A stretch of DNA of 64,000 bases from Bacteroidia bacterium (lineage in GTDB: Bacteria > Bacteroidota > Bacteroidia > Bacteroidales > VadinHA17): positions 6,697 to 70,696 of the forward strand of contig JAPLEB010000055.1 of the NCBI GenBank assembly GCA_026391555.1, read 5' to 3'. Each line of letters opens with the position of its first letter. Position 1 is the stretch's first letter. Of the stretch, positions 29,542-38,579 are shown piece after piece. The notes under the pieces are model-generated. The model saw nothing but the letters and a program-made list of their open reading frames with translations. It was not told the origin of the DNA and did not search any database. Both the position numbers and the translations under genes were made by a program.

Positions 29542-29574
29542 GGTATTCTTAAATGCCATAAAACTAAAGGAGTT

Positions 29575-31080
29575 ATGTATAAATTCAGAGCCTTATCACT
29601 TGTTTTAATTTCTGTTTTGCTTTTTACATCCTGTATATTTAAGAATAAAGGGGGGGGCGGTAGTGATGTTTCCACTGCAACAGGATGGGAGTATAATAAT
29701 CCTGACAATGGCGGGTTTGAAGTTACTTTCGGAGCCGACCAGAATACAGGTCCTGGTCTTGTACTCATTGAAGGAGGACGTTTTACAATGGGACAGGTGC
29801 AGCAGGACGTTATGTACGACTGGAATAATAAACCCAGAACGGTTACTGTATCGTCGTTTTATATGGATGAAACAGAGGTTAAGAATATTGACTACCGCGA
29901 ATACCTTTACTGGTTGCGCAGGGTTTATAAAGATTATCCTGAAGTGTTTAGAAGAGCTTTGCCGGATACACTGGTCTGGAGAAGCCCGATGGGTTTCAAC
30001 GATCCTTATGTGCAGTATTATTTCCGGCACCCTTCATATAATAACTATCCTGTTGTTGGTGTCAGCTGGCTCAAAGCTAACGATTTTTGCCTATGGAGAA
30101 CCGACAGGGTTAATGAACAGATACTTATTGATGAAGGAGAACTGAACCCCGATCCTGACCAGTCAAATGAGAAGAATTTTAATACAGAAGCCTATCTCGA
30201 AGGACAATATGAAGGTGTGGTTAATCAGCTTCGCGAAAGCCTGAATCCAAACCAGACAGAAAGACGAACTAACTTTGAAGATGGCGTTCTTCTTCCCAGC
30301 TACAGGCTTCCTACAGAAGCTGAATGGGAATTTGCAGCTTATGCACTCAGAGGTACTACTTTTGAGGAAAGGGTTTACGAAAGAAGAATATTTCCATGGG
30401 ATGGTCATAACGTTAGAAACGCATCAACAAAATTCCGCGGTGATATGATGGCTAACTTTGTCCGTGGCAAAGGAGACCTTATGGGAGTGGCAGGTAGCCT
30501 GAATGATAATGGAAGTATTACTGTAGATGTGAAATCATATTGGCCAAACGACTATGGTCTTTACTGTATGGCAGGGAATGTAAACGAATGGGTACAGGAT
30601 GTTTACCGTCCTCTTACAGCGGAAGATGTTGATGGTTTTAATCCTTTCAGAGGAAACGTTTATACTGATGTTAGGAGAGACGCTAATGGTTCGGTTGTAG
30701 GAAAAGATAAACTCGGACGTCTGTATATTGATACTGTAAAAGATATTGATGTTGCGAACAGATTTAATTACCAGAAAAGTGATTACAGAAACTTCATGGA
30801 TGGTGACCTGCAGTCGGCTATACCAGGAGGAAGCGATTGGACAACTGAAGATGGGAAAAAAGGCTCACTCAGAATGTATGCCCAGGATAATACAGCCAGC
30901 AGTAATGATTTCGTAACTCTTATTAATGACAATGCTCGGGTATATAAGGGTGGATCGTGGAAAGACAGAGCTTATTGGCTTAATCCATCAACAAGAAGAT
31001 TCCTCGACCAGGAAGGATCGCGTGATGATATCGGTTTCAGGTGTGCAATGATAAGGGTAGGAAGCCCTTCTGGTATCTAA
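29575..31080 (+). CDS. gldJ: Gliding motility lipoprotein GldJ (FGE-sulfatase/SUMF1-like fold)
   Basis: Lipobox LLFTSC. TGWEYNN...GGFEV, GPGLVLIEGGRFTMGQVQQDVMYDWNN, FYMDETEVKN, PDTLVWR, YPVVGVSWLKANDFCLWRTDRVNE, and RVYKGGSWKDRAYWL match GldJ well. Followed by murF, as I recall for Flavobacterium johnsoniae. Start moved to ATG 29575. Confidence 0.9.
   Translation: MYKFRALSLVLISVLLFTSCIFKNKGGGGSDVSTATGWEYNNPDNGGFEVTFGADQNTGPGLVLIEGGRFTMGQVQQDVMYDWNNKPRTVTVSSFYMDETEVKNIDYREYLYWLRRVYKDYPEVFRRALPDTLVWRSPMGFNDPYVQYYFRHPSYNNYPVVGVSWLKANDFCLWRTDRVNEQILIDEGELNPDPDQSNEKNFNTEAYLEGQYEGVVNQLRESLNPNQTERRTNFEDGVLLPSYRLPTEAEWEFAAYALRGTTFEERVYERRIFPWDGHNVRNASTKFRGDMMANFVRGKGDLMGVAGSLNDNGSITVDVKSYWPNDYGLYCMAGNVNEWVQDVYRPLTAEDVDGFNPFRGNVYTDVRRDANGSVVGKDKLGRLYIDTVKDIDVANRFNYQKSDYRNFMDGDLQSAIPGGSDWTTEDGKKGSLRMYAQDNTASSNDFVTLINDNARVYKGGSWKDRAYWLNPSTRRFLDQEGSRDDIGFRCAMIRVGSPSGI
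29650..29657 (+). repeat. G8 homopolymer inside gldJ, just after the lipobox
   Basis: AAA GGG GGG GGC GGT encodes K-G-G-G-G at residues 25-29 of GldJ. It is the longest G/C homopolymer I found by eye in the window. Confidence 0.9.
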
Positions 31081-31103
31081 AATTGGGTTCACTGATTATA
31101 TAA

Positions 31104-31137
31104 GCCTCATTATGATTGCATAATGAGGCATTTTTTT
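31104..31137 (+). terminator. Rho-independent terminator after gldJ
   Basis: GCCTCATTAT-GATTGC-ATAATGAGGC. Perfect 10-bp stem, followed by ATTTTTTT. Confidence 0.7.
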
Positions 31138-31143
31138 GAAAAT

Positions 31144-32436
31144 ATGAAGACGGAACAACTTTACAACCTCTTTAAAGAATCCTCCGGGGTAACCACTGAT
31201 TCCCGTTCAGTCGGGAAAGGACAGATTTTCTTTGCAATATGGGGCGATAATTATAACGGAAATAACTTTGCTTCAGAAGCGCTGGAAAAAGGTGCTTCAT
31301 GGGCGATTATTGATGATCCTCTTTTTGAAACGGAAAAGACAATCCTCGTGGATGACTGCCTCTTTGAACTGCAGGCGCTGGCATCGTACCACAGGAAAGA
31401 GATGAATGTTCCGGTACTTGCCATAACAGGGACTAACGGGAAGACAACTACCAGGGAACTACTTGCCGCTATCATAGCAAAAAAATTTAAGGTCCATTCT
31501 ACAAAAGGAAATCTGAATAATCATATTGGTGTTCCTCTTACAATACTATCTGCACCCCCCGGGACAGAAATGATGATTATTGAGATGGGGGCCAATCATA
31601 TTGGAGAGATAAGAACGCTATGCCAGATAGCAAAACCTGATTATGGGATAATTACAAATATTGGCACAGCCCATATTGAAGGTTTTGGATCAATTGATGG
31701 TGTAATAAAGGCAAAAACAGAACTTTATGAGTACCTCCGCGAGGTGAATGGAATTGCTCTGTATAACGACAAAAATCCATTACTCACCGAAAAGATTTTT
31801 AAGATCATAAACAGGGCTGTTCCCTTTTCTGACCCTACAGGCATTGAGCTTGCTGTGGAACTGGTGCCATCTGAACTGAATATTACCTTAGCAGCAACTT
31901 ATAATCATCATACCTATAATATATGTACCAATCTCTTTGGCAATTATAATCTCGGGAATGTTAAAGCTGCAATAGCCACCGGCTTATTCTTAAGCGTTGA
32001 AATGAAAGATATTGTTGATGCTGTTGAAAATTATCAGCCGGCAAATAACAGGTCACAGATAATAATCACGAAGAACAATACTCTCATTTGCGATTCTTAT
32101 AATGCAAACCCGTCAAGTATGTATTCAGCCCTGGAATCGTTTACCGGAATTCAGGCCGGCCCGAAGCTTGTAATCCTCGGTGATATGCTGGAGCTTGGCG
32201 AAAAGAGCGAAGAGGAGCATATTAAGTTATTAAATGAACTTCAATCTCAAAAAATTGAAAAGGCTCTTCTGGTGGGTTCTGTATTTCAGAAGGTCTCTTT
32301 AAAATCGGGTTTTAAATCATTTTCTGATGTAAATAAGCTCATAGATTTTCTTAAAAGTGAGCCTGTTAAGGGAAACACTATTCTTATAAAGGGATCGAGA
32401 GGAATTGGTCTGGAGAAGGTTTATGACCTGCTATAG
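31144..32436 (+). CDS. murF: UDP-N-acetylmuramoyl-tripeptide--D-alanyl-D-alanine ligase
   Basis: VTTDSRSV, ITGTNGKTTTRE, EMGANHIGEI, DSYNANPSSM, and KGSRGIGLE motifs. The ORF-track ATG at 31123 lies inside the 3' arm of the gldJ terminator hairpin, so I prefer ATG 31144 (MKTEQLYNLF...). Confidence 0.9.
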   Translation: MKTEQLYNLFKESSGVTTDSRSVGKGQIFFAIWGDNYNGNNFASEALEKGASWAIIDDPLFETEKTILVDDCLFELQALASYHRKEMNVPVLAITGTNGKTTTRELLAAIIAKKFKVHSTKGNLNNHIGVPLTILSAPPGTEMMIIEMGANHIGEIRTLCQIAKPDYGIITNIGTAHIEGFGSIDGVIKAKTELYEYLREVNGIALYNDKNPLLTEKIFKIINRAVPFSDPTGIELAVELVPSELNITLAATYNHHTYNICTNLFGNYNLGNVKAAIATGLFLSVEMKDIVDAVENYQPANNRSQIIITKNNTLICDSYNANPSSMYSALESFTGIQAGPKLVILGDMLELGEKSEEEHIKLLNELQSQKIEKALLVGSVFQKVSLKSGFKSFSDVNKLIDFLKSEPVKGNTILIKGSRGIGLEKVYDLL

Positions 32437-32440
32437 AAAA

Positions 32441-33610
32441 TTATTGCACGGGGGTTTTAGCCCCGGTAAATTTAATATTTATCATTAGGACTTCAGATAT
32501 GCTGCCCGATCTTACACGAGGACCCCACAGACCATAGCCTGAAGAGACTATAAATTGTGTGTTTCCTTTCTTCAGATAGCCATAACTTAATTCATAGATC
32601 TTAGAAGTAACATAATTCAGCGGCCACATCTGTCCGTTGTGGGTATGTCCGGAAAGCTGCAGATCAATGCCATATTTTTCAGATTCATCCAGATGGAAAG
32701 GCTGATGATCGAGCAGAATAACTGGTTTTGTAGTATCTGCCTGTTTCATAAGTTCACCAAGGGATAATCGTTCTTTTCCGTAAAACCGGAATGAATCTCT
32801 GTCTATCCTTCCAATCAGCTGAATACCACCCTCAAGAGTTACCATCTCATCTTTTAAAACTCTTATACCTTTGCTTTCTATATATGGAATGGTACGATTT
32901 GCACCTCCAATGAATTCGTGGTTACCGGTTATAGCAAAGAGACCATCATTACATTTCGGACAAGTGAAATACTGGAGGAGATCATCTCTCAAAACAGGAC
33001 CGATCTCGCCATCAACAATATCTCCAAGAAGTATAACAATATCGGGGTTCATCTCTTTCAGCATCGATGAGAGTTTTTTAATACTTCTTTTTCTTATTAT
33101 ACTCCCAAGATGAATGTCAGACACCGCTGCAATGCGTAATGTTTTTATTTCTCCGGCGGGTTTGTTTATTGTGATGTCATATTCTTTAATAACCGGTATT
33201 ACTGCATTTATAAAACCGCCAACAATAAACAATGAGGAAATGGCCACTGTAATAATAAATGACCACTTACGGAAAAGGAAGATATTCTCACCACTTATGA
33301 TTCCCGGAATTCTTAATGTAAGTAAAAGAATATCAGATATCAGGAAAAACAGGAACCCATATAGCATGAACGCAAGCCAGAAACCTCCCAGAATATTGAG
33401 AATATCAGCTATAACAGAAGAATGCTTCGATTCAAGAAATTTAGCCGCTATAAATATTGCAGCCAGTAAAAAGAATGCAACTGCATAAATCAGCCTGTTG
33501 TTTTTAAGGGCAGGTATTGCATTTAACCCTTTATAAAAGATATAAATATTTACAAGTGAGTAAACTGTGAGTACAATAGAGATAAATACGATCATTTGAT
33601 ATCTTTTCAT
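32441..33610 (-). CDS. Membrane-anchored metallophosphoesterase (calcineurin-like, YkuE-type)
   Basis: 389 aa. About 5 N-terminal TM helices, then phosphoesterase motifs VSDIHLG, LLGDIVDG, GNHE, and GHTHNG. Confidence 0.8.
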   Translation of the reverse strand: MKRYQMIVFISIVLTVYSLVNIYIFYKGLNAIPALKNNRLIYAVAFFLLAAIFIAAKFLESKHSSVIADILNILGGFWLAFMLYGFLFFLISDILLLTLRIPGIISGENIFLFRKWSFIITVAISSLFIVGGFINAVIPVIKEYDITINKPAGEIKTLRIAAVSDIHLGSIIRKRSIKKLSSMLKEMNPDIVILLGDIVDGEIGPVLRDDLLQYFTCPKCNDGLFAITGNHEFIGGANRTIPYIESKGIRVLKDEMVTLEGGIQLIGRIDRDSFRFYGKERLSLGELMKQADTTKPVILLDHQPFHLDESEKYGIDLQLSGHTHNGQMWPLNYVTSKIYELSYGYLKKGNTQFIVSSGYGLWGPRVRSGSISEVLMINIKFTGAKTPVQ

Positions 33611-33616
33611 TTTTAT

Positions 33617-34651
33617 TTAGTTTTCCGACAGGAGGTTATTAAAAGTTTTATTGCCTTTAACATAAAACTCAAAAACAATGCTCTTGTTCAAAATGGGCAG
33701 CTGACTTTTGTTCACATCAAGTTCTTTTATCTTTTCCCTTTTCACTTTAAGTTCACTAACGTTTTTGTAGTAGTCAATATGGGCTCTCCATACAGATTTT
33801 ATGCTAACGAAGTTTCCTTTAAACAGAAACATTATTACAGCAAGCCCGTCTAATAGTTTTCTGATGAACAGTGTTGTGTATAACTTATTGTCAGGCAGAT
33901 TTTTATAAAGAAGAAACAGACTGTTTCTGAAATTGAGATATGTTTTAAACGGAGAATTGTAAGGGAGAGATCCTCCCCCTATGTGGTAAACTACAGAGTC
34001 GGGTATGTAGCTTACGCGGTAACCGGCTCTGTGAAACCGCCAGCACAAATCTATCTCCTCCATGTGAGCGAAAAATTCCTGATCAAATCCGCCGCATTTT
34101 AACCAGGCATCACGGCGCAATATCATGCAGGCTCCGCTCGACCAGAAGATATCTGTTTGGTTATCATATTGTCCGGTATCTGCTTCAGCCTTATCAAAAA
34201 GACGACCCCTGCAAAAGGGATAACCGTACTTGTCAATAAAACCGCCCGCGGCACCGGCATATTCGAAATGATCTTTCCGGTTATAAGAGAGTATTTTTGG
34301 CTGACAGGATGCAACATCAGAATTATTATCCATGACACTTATCAGAGGCTTCAGCCATTCCTCAGTTACTTCTATATCGGAATTAATTAACACATAGTAT
34401 TTGGCATCAATCTGGTTGAGTGCCATGTTATAGCCACCGGCAAACCCATGGTTTTTATCGAGCCTTATAAGTTTTACGTTCTTAAAATTTTCGGCTATCC
34501 ACTCCGGAGAACCATCAGTTGAACCATTATCTGCAACACAAACAACTGTTTCATCACTCATGGAATGTTTTACAACTGTTCCCAGGAACATTTTCAGGTA
34601 ACCGATACCATTCCAGTTTAATATTACAATGGCAGTTTTATTCATTTTCAA
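33617..34651 (-). CDS. Glycosyltransferase family 2 (rhamnosyltransferase-like)
   Basis: 344 aa. AIVILNWNG, VADNGSTDGS, NHGFAGGYN, LINSDIEV, and FAHMEEIDLCWR motifs. Overlaps the upstream acyltransferase gene by 14 nt. Confidence 0.85.
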   Translation of the reverse strand: MKMNKTAIVILNWNGIGYLKMFLGTVVKHSMSDETVVCVADNGSTDGSPEWIAENFKNVKLIRLDKNHGFAGGYNMALNQIDAKYYVLINSDIEVTEEWLKPLISVMDNNSDVASCQPKILSYNRKDHFEYAGAAGGFIDKYGYPFCRGRLFDKAEADTGQYDNQTDIFWSSGACMILRRDAWLKCGGFDQEFFAHMEEIDLCWRFHRAGYRVSYIPDSVVYHIGGGSLPYNSPFKTYLNFRNSLFLLYKNLPDNKLYTTLFIRKLLDGLAVIMFLFKGNFVSIKSVWRAHIDYYKNVSELKVKREKIKELDVNKSQLPILNKSIVFEFYVKGNKTFNNLLSEN

Positions 34652-35522
34652 CCGGTCTTTTATGCTTCCATCGGCGATGACTCCATACCCAGAATTCAGG
34701 TTTTTCTCTGATGGTCTCTTCCAGCCGCTTTACATGTGTTTCGGTAATAAGATGCTCCGGCAGTCCTGCTGTATGGTTAAAAAGAAGCTCTATATTCAGA
34801 TTGTAATACCCCCGTTTTATTTTCTGAATATGAAAGAACACGATTGCCATATTGTACTTTGATGATACTTTTTCAGTGCCCATATATATAGGTGTATCCT
34901 GATTCAAAAAGGTAGTCCAGTATTTGATTTCAGTTCTTATCGGTGTCTGATCAGATATAAATGCTGAAATTGTATTGATACCATTCTTTTTGTCGTTTAT
35001 TAATTCTCTGATTATATTCGACATAGGCGTTAGAACCATTCCGTGTTTTGATCGGAGATCATTAATAAACCTGTCGAAAAACTTGTTCTGGAGAGGCTTG
35101 TAAATTGAGATTGTTTTGTATTTTGTATAGAGTGGAAGTGCGGCAAGCCATTCCCAGTTGTTATAATGACCCAGAACGGCAATAATATCGCGCTTATCTT
35201 CAAGCAGTTTGTCTAAAACGCTGAGATTGCTTACAGTGAACCGTTTCATTAGTTGTTCTTTGGGAATGTGGTTGAGTTTTAATGTCTCAATAAAAAGATC
35301 TGCCAGATGTTTGTAGAACTTTTTTTCTATTCGTTTAAGTTCTTCCGGGGATTTTTCAGGAAAAGAATTTTTAAGATTCGCGGCAACAACATTTCTGCGA
35401 TACGAGGGAAAGTAGTATAGAATAAGATAAAGTAAGTCGGCAAATAGGTATAAAATCCGGAAGGGGAGGAGTGTAATTATCCAGTTGATGCCGTAAAAAA
35501 TATAATATCCGATAGCTCCCAT
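34638..35522 (-). CDS. Lysophospholipid/lipid A biosynthesis (LpxL/HtrB-like) acyltransferase
   Basis: 294 aa. N-terminal TM segment, NLKNSFPEKS...IIAVLGHYNNWEW (HX4-type acyltransferase motif region), and a C-terminal PEFWVWSHRRWK typical of the lauroyl/myristoyl acyltransferase family. Confidence 0.8.
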   Translation of the reverse strand: MGAIGYYIFYGINWIITLLPFRILYLFADLLYLILYYFPSYRRNVVAANLKNSFPEKSPEELKRIEKKFYKHLADLFIETLKLNHIPKEQLMKRFTVSNLSVLDKLLEDKRDIIAVLGHYNNWEWLAALPLYTKYKTISIYKPLQNKFFDRFINDLRSKHGMVLTPMSNIIRELINDKKNGINTISAFISDQTPIRTEIKYWTTFLNQDTPIYMGTEKVSSKYNMAIVFFHIQKIKRGYYNLNIELLFNHTAGLPEHLITETHVKRLEETIREKPEFWVWSHRRWKHKRPVENE

Positions 35523-35613
35523 TTTGTTGAAGGGTTTAATTCTTCATTAATGCTCCTTATTCACGGGCAGCATTTTCAATTTCTTTACAAATTTCTTTAA
35601 GATCTATCATCTG

Positions 35614-36918
35614 TTAGTTAATTAGTTCAACGCTCATTCTTCCTGTTGGTAATATGCTTTCCAATTTAACTTTTTCTACCTGGCCGGCGAGTCTGGATTG
35701 CCATGGATACTCAACTCTGATATAATTTAAAGTAAAGCCGGATATTAATCCTTCGCTCCGGGTTCTTTCAAACAAAACATTTGTTGTCTGACCGATATTC
35801 AATTTATTAAATTCAATATTTTTCTTTTTTGAAAGAGCGATAAGCCTTTTACTCCTTATTTCTTTTTCCCGGTGCGAAACCTTATCAGGCAGTTTTTCTG
35901 CGACCGTATCCGGTCTTTCTGAAAAAGTGAAAACATGGAGATAGGAGAGAGGCATTTCTTCAAGGAATGAATATGTATCTTCAAAATCGGTAACTGATTC
36001 TCCGGGAAAACCAACAATTACATCAGCTCCTATGCCTGCTAAGGGCAACTTTCCCCTTACCATTTTTAACCTGGCAGCAAAGACATCCCTGGTATATCTT
36101 CTTCTCATTAGGCCAAGGATCTTATTACACCCGCTTTGTAAAGGGATATGGAAATGAGGAAGAATTTTTTCATTCATCGCCGCCATTTCAATCAATTCAT
36201 CGGTCAGCAGGTTTGGCTCGATGGAAGATATCCTGAATCTTTCAATGCCCTGTACTTTAACAAGTTCTTTCAGAAGAGCCGCAAATGATTCTCCGGTCGA
36301 TTTTCCAAAATCACCAATATTTACACCGGTTAGTACAATCTCTTTGATACCTTTTTCAGCAATTTTCTGTGCTTCACCGATGATGGATGAAATTTCCGGA
36401 TTCCTGCTGCGCCCGCGGGCCAATGGGATAGTGCAATATGAACATCCATAGTCACATCCATCCTGGACTTTTAGAAAGGAACGCGTTCTGTCACCCATTG
36501 AGTATGACGGGTTATAGCTATCTGAAGAAGAGAGATTGCAGGAGTGAATCTCCACCTGTTGTCTCTTTTCAAGATCGGTCATGTAATCAGCTATGTTGAA
36601 CTTCTCGTTTGTTCCAAGCACAAGATCCACTCCGGGAATAGAGGATATTTCCTGAGGTCTTAATTGAGCATAACACCCAACGACAGCAATAAATGCCTGG
36701 GGAGAAAGATTTATGAATTTTTTTATAGCCTGCCTGCATTTCTTATCAGCAGTATCAGTAACCGAGCATGTATTAATTATGTAAATATCAGCTTTTGAGT
36801 TTGCAGGAACTCTTTCAAATTTCCCCTCAGGAAATGATCTTGAAATAGTTGATGACTCGGCAAAGTTGAGTTTACAGCCAAGGGTATGAAATGCTACTTT
36901 TTTTCTATTAATAATCAT
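35614..36918 (-). CDS. mtaB: tRNA (N6-threonylcarbamoyladenosine37-C2)-methylthiotransferase MtaB
   Basis: 434 aa. MTTase N-domain TLGCKLNFAES, radical SAM CDYGCSYCTIP, and a C-terminal TRAM-like region. Confidence 0.9.
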   Translation of the reverse strand: MIINRKKVAFHTLGCKLNFAESSTISRSFPEGKFERVPANSKADIYIINTCSVTDTADKKCRQAIKKFINLSPQAFIAVVGCYAQLRPQEISSIPGVDLVLGTNEKFNIADYMTDLEKRQQVEIHSCNLSSSDSYNPSYSMGDRTRSFLKVQDGCDYGCSYCTIPLARGRSRNPEISSIIGEAQKIAEKGIKEIVLTGVNIGDFGKSTGESFAALLKELVKVQGIERFRISSIEPNLLTDELIEMAAMNEKILPHFHIPLQSGCNKILGLMRRRYTRDVFAARLKMVRGKLPLAGIGADVIVGFPGESVTDFEDTYSFLEEMPLSYLHVFTFSERPDTVAEKLPDKVSHREKEIRSKRLIALSKKKNIEFNKLNIGQTTNVLFERTRSEGLISGFTLNYIRVEYPWQSRLAGQVEKVKLESILPTGRMSVELIN

Positions 36919-37011
36919 TTATTTTATAGGACAATTGGGTATCTTATACACTGAATAATTGATTTTCAAGCTACATGGGATAGCTTTTTTAATTTACTTT
37001 TTACTTTTATC

Positions 37012-38346
37012 TTACAATAATTTACTTGCAAGTTCTGCGAGAAAGCTCCGTTCACCTTTAACAAGGTTCACATGAGCAAAAATATCCTGGTTCTTCATTT
37101 TGTCTGACAGGTAACTCAACCCGTTTGATGCAGTATCGAGATATGGAGAATCTATCTGTTCAATATCACCGGTAAAGACCATTTTGGTTTCCTCTCCGGC
37201 TCTGGTAATAATTGTTTTAATCTCGTGGGGAGTAAGATTCTGTGCTTCATCAACAATGAAAAAGATACTTGAAAGGCTACGCCCTCTTATGTAAGCAAGG
37301 GGGGTAATTACAAGTTTTTCCTCTTTCATCATATCGTTAATCCGAAGAAATTCCGGACTCTGGTGGCTGAACTTATGTTTTATTACCGTGAGGTTATCAT
37401 ATAGCGGTTGCATGTAAGGATCCATCTTATCCTTTACATCCCCTGGCAGAAATCCGAGATCGCGGTTTGCAAGCGAAACAATCGGGCGGGCAAGAAATAT
37501 CTGTTTGTATTTCTTGTGTTGCTGAAGTGCAGCAGCAAGCGCAAGCAGTGTTTTACCTGTCCCGGCTTTCCCTGTTAATGATACCAGTTGAATATCGGGG
37601 TTTAAAAGAGCCTCGATGGCAAATGTCTGCTCGGCATTTCGCGGATCGATCCCATAGGTTGTCTGTTTAATTACTCTGCAAAGCATTTTATTAACAGGGT
37701 TGTAATGGGCCAGGGCACTTGATCCGTTATTTTTCAAAATGAAAAACTGGTGCCCCTTAAGATTAGCCTCCAGACTGAATTCTCCGGCATTTACTCCATC
37801 GGGAATCTCATAGAGTTTACTTATCAAATCCTGATTTACCCCCTCCAGTATCCTTATACCTTTATATAGATCATCAATATTTGCAACTTTGTCGTTTTCG
37901 TAATCCTGTGCAATGATACCCAGCGATTTGGCCTTCATCCGGAGGTTAATATCCTTAGTTATAAGCACAACTGTTTTATCCTTATTGGAATTGCAGACAT
38001 ATTCTGCGATTGCCAGTATCCGGTGGTCGGCGGTTCTTTCGGGGAATGACTGACTAACCTTTTCTGAAAAATCTTTACCAGTTTCAATATGCATGTTCCC
38101 AAGGTTTTCTCCAAGGGGAATATTGGCTGTCAACAGCATGTCTCCGGAAAGCTTGTCAAGCTCTCTTGTAAATTCACGTGCATGAAAATTGATCAGATCA
38201 TTACCTCTCTTGAATTTGTCAAGTTCTTCAAGCACAACGATAGGAATAATAATATCATTTTCTTCAAAATTGTAAATGCATTTATAATCGTGAAGCAGAA
38301 CGTTGGTATCAATGATAAAAAGTTTTTTGTGGTTTTTCTTTTTCAT
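37012..38346 (-). CDS. PhoH family ATPase with N-terminal PIN domain (YlaK-type)
   Basis: 444 aa. PIN start FIIDTNVLLHD...ELDKFK, Walker A GKAGTGKT, Walker B-like FFIVDEAQNL, and PhoH tail GERSFLAELA. Confidence 0.9.
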   Translation of the reverse strand: MKKKNHKKLFIIDTNVLLHDYKCIYNFEENDIIIPIVVLEELDKFKRGNDLINFHAREFTRELDKLSGDMLLTANIPLGENLGNMHIETGKDFSEKVSQSFPERTADHRILAIAEYVCNSNKDKTVVLITKDINLRMKAKSLGIIAQDYENDKVANIDDLYKGIRILEGVNQDLISKLYEIPDGVNAGEFSLEANLKGHQFFILKNNGSSALAHYNPVNKMLCRVIKQTTYGIDPRNAEQTFAIEALLNPDIQLVSLTGKAGTGKTLLALAAALQQHKKYKQIFLARPIVSLANRDLGFLPGDVKDKMDPYMQPLYDNLTVIKHKFSHQSPEFLRINDMMKEEKLVITPLAYIRGRSLSSIFFIVDEAQNLTPHEIKTIITRAGEETKMVFTGDIEQIDSPYLDTASNGLSYLSDKMKNQDIFAHVNLVKGERSFLAELASKLL

Positions 38347-38579
38347 CGTTAGTAGTTTATAATCAACGAATTACATTGTCAAGTTTAAGTATCTTCAGTG
38401 ATGTAAAAATAACTAATTTCAGGTACAAATTGTTATCTGTTTATAAAGTATGTTAATTTGTGTTGTGAAGTGCCTGAAGTTTGGAGTTAGAAATAATCAG
38501 GAATTGGAATTAGGGAATAGGTATTACGAATTATTAGAAGTTGACTACGAGCTACCAGCCATGAGCTAAAACACTGAAC

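Noticed and set aside
29567-29572. AAGGAG Shine-Dalgarno-like hexamer just upstream of the gldJ ATG. This is unusual for Bacteroidota, which mostly lack SD-led initiation.
   Set aside because: Only 2 nt separate it from the ATG, well short of the functional SD spacing. It is most likely coincidental.
36972-36990. Hairpin AAGCTA-CATGGGA-TAGCTT followed by TTTT between mtaB and the PhoH-family gene.
   Set aside because: The T-tract is on the plus strand while both flanking genes are on the minus strand. The stem is only 6 bp. It is not convincing as a terminator for either gene.
38450-38569. 39-codon ORF (MLICVVKCLKFGVRNNQELELGNRYYELLEVDYELPAMS) ending 10 nt before the folC start.
   Set aside because: It lies in an AT-rich divergent promoter spacer with GGAAT-type repeats. 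Its composition is repeat-driven, and an ORF of this length is plausible by chance. There is no supporting signal.
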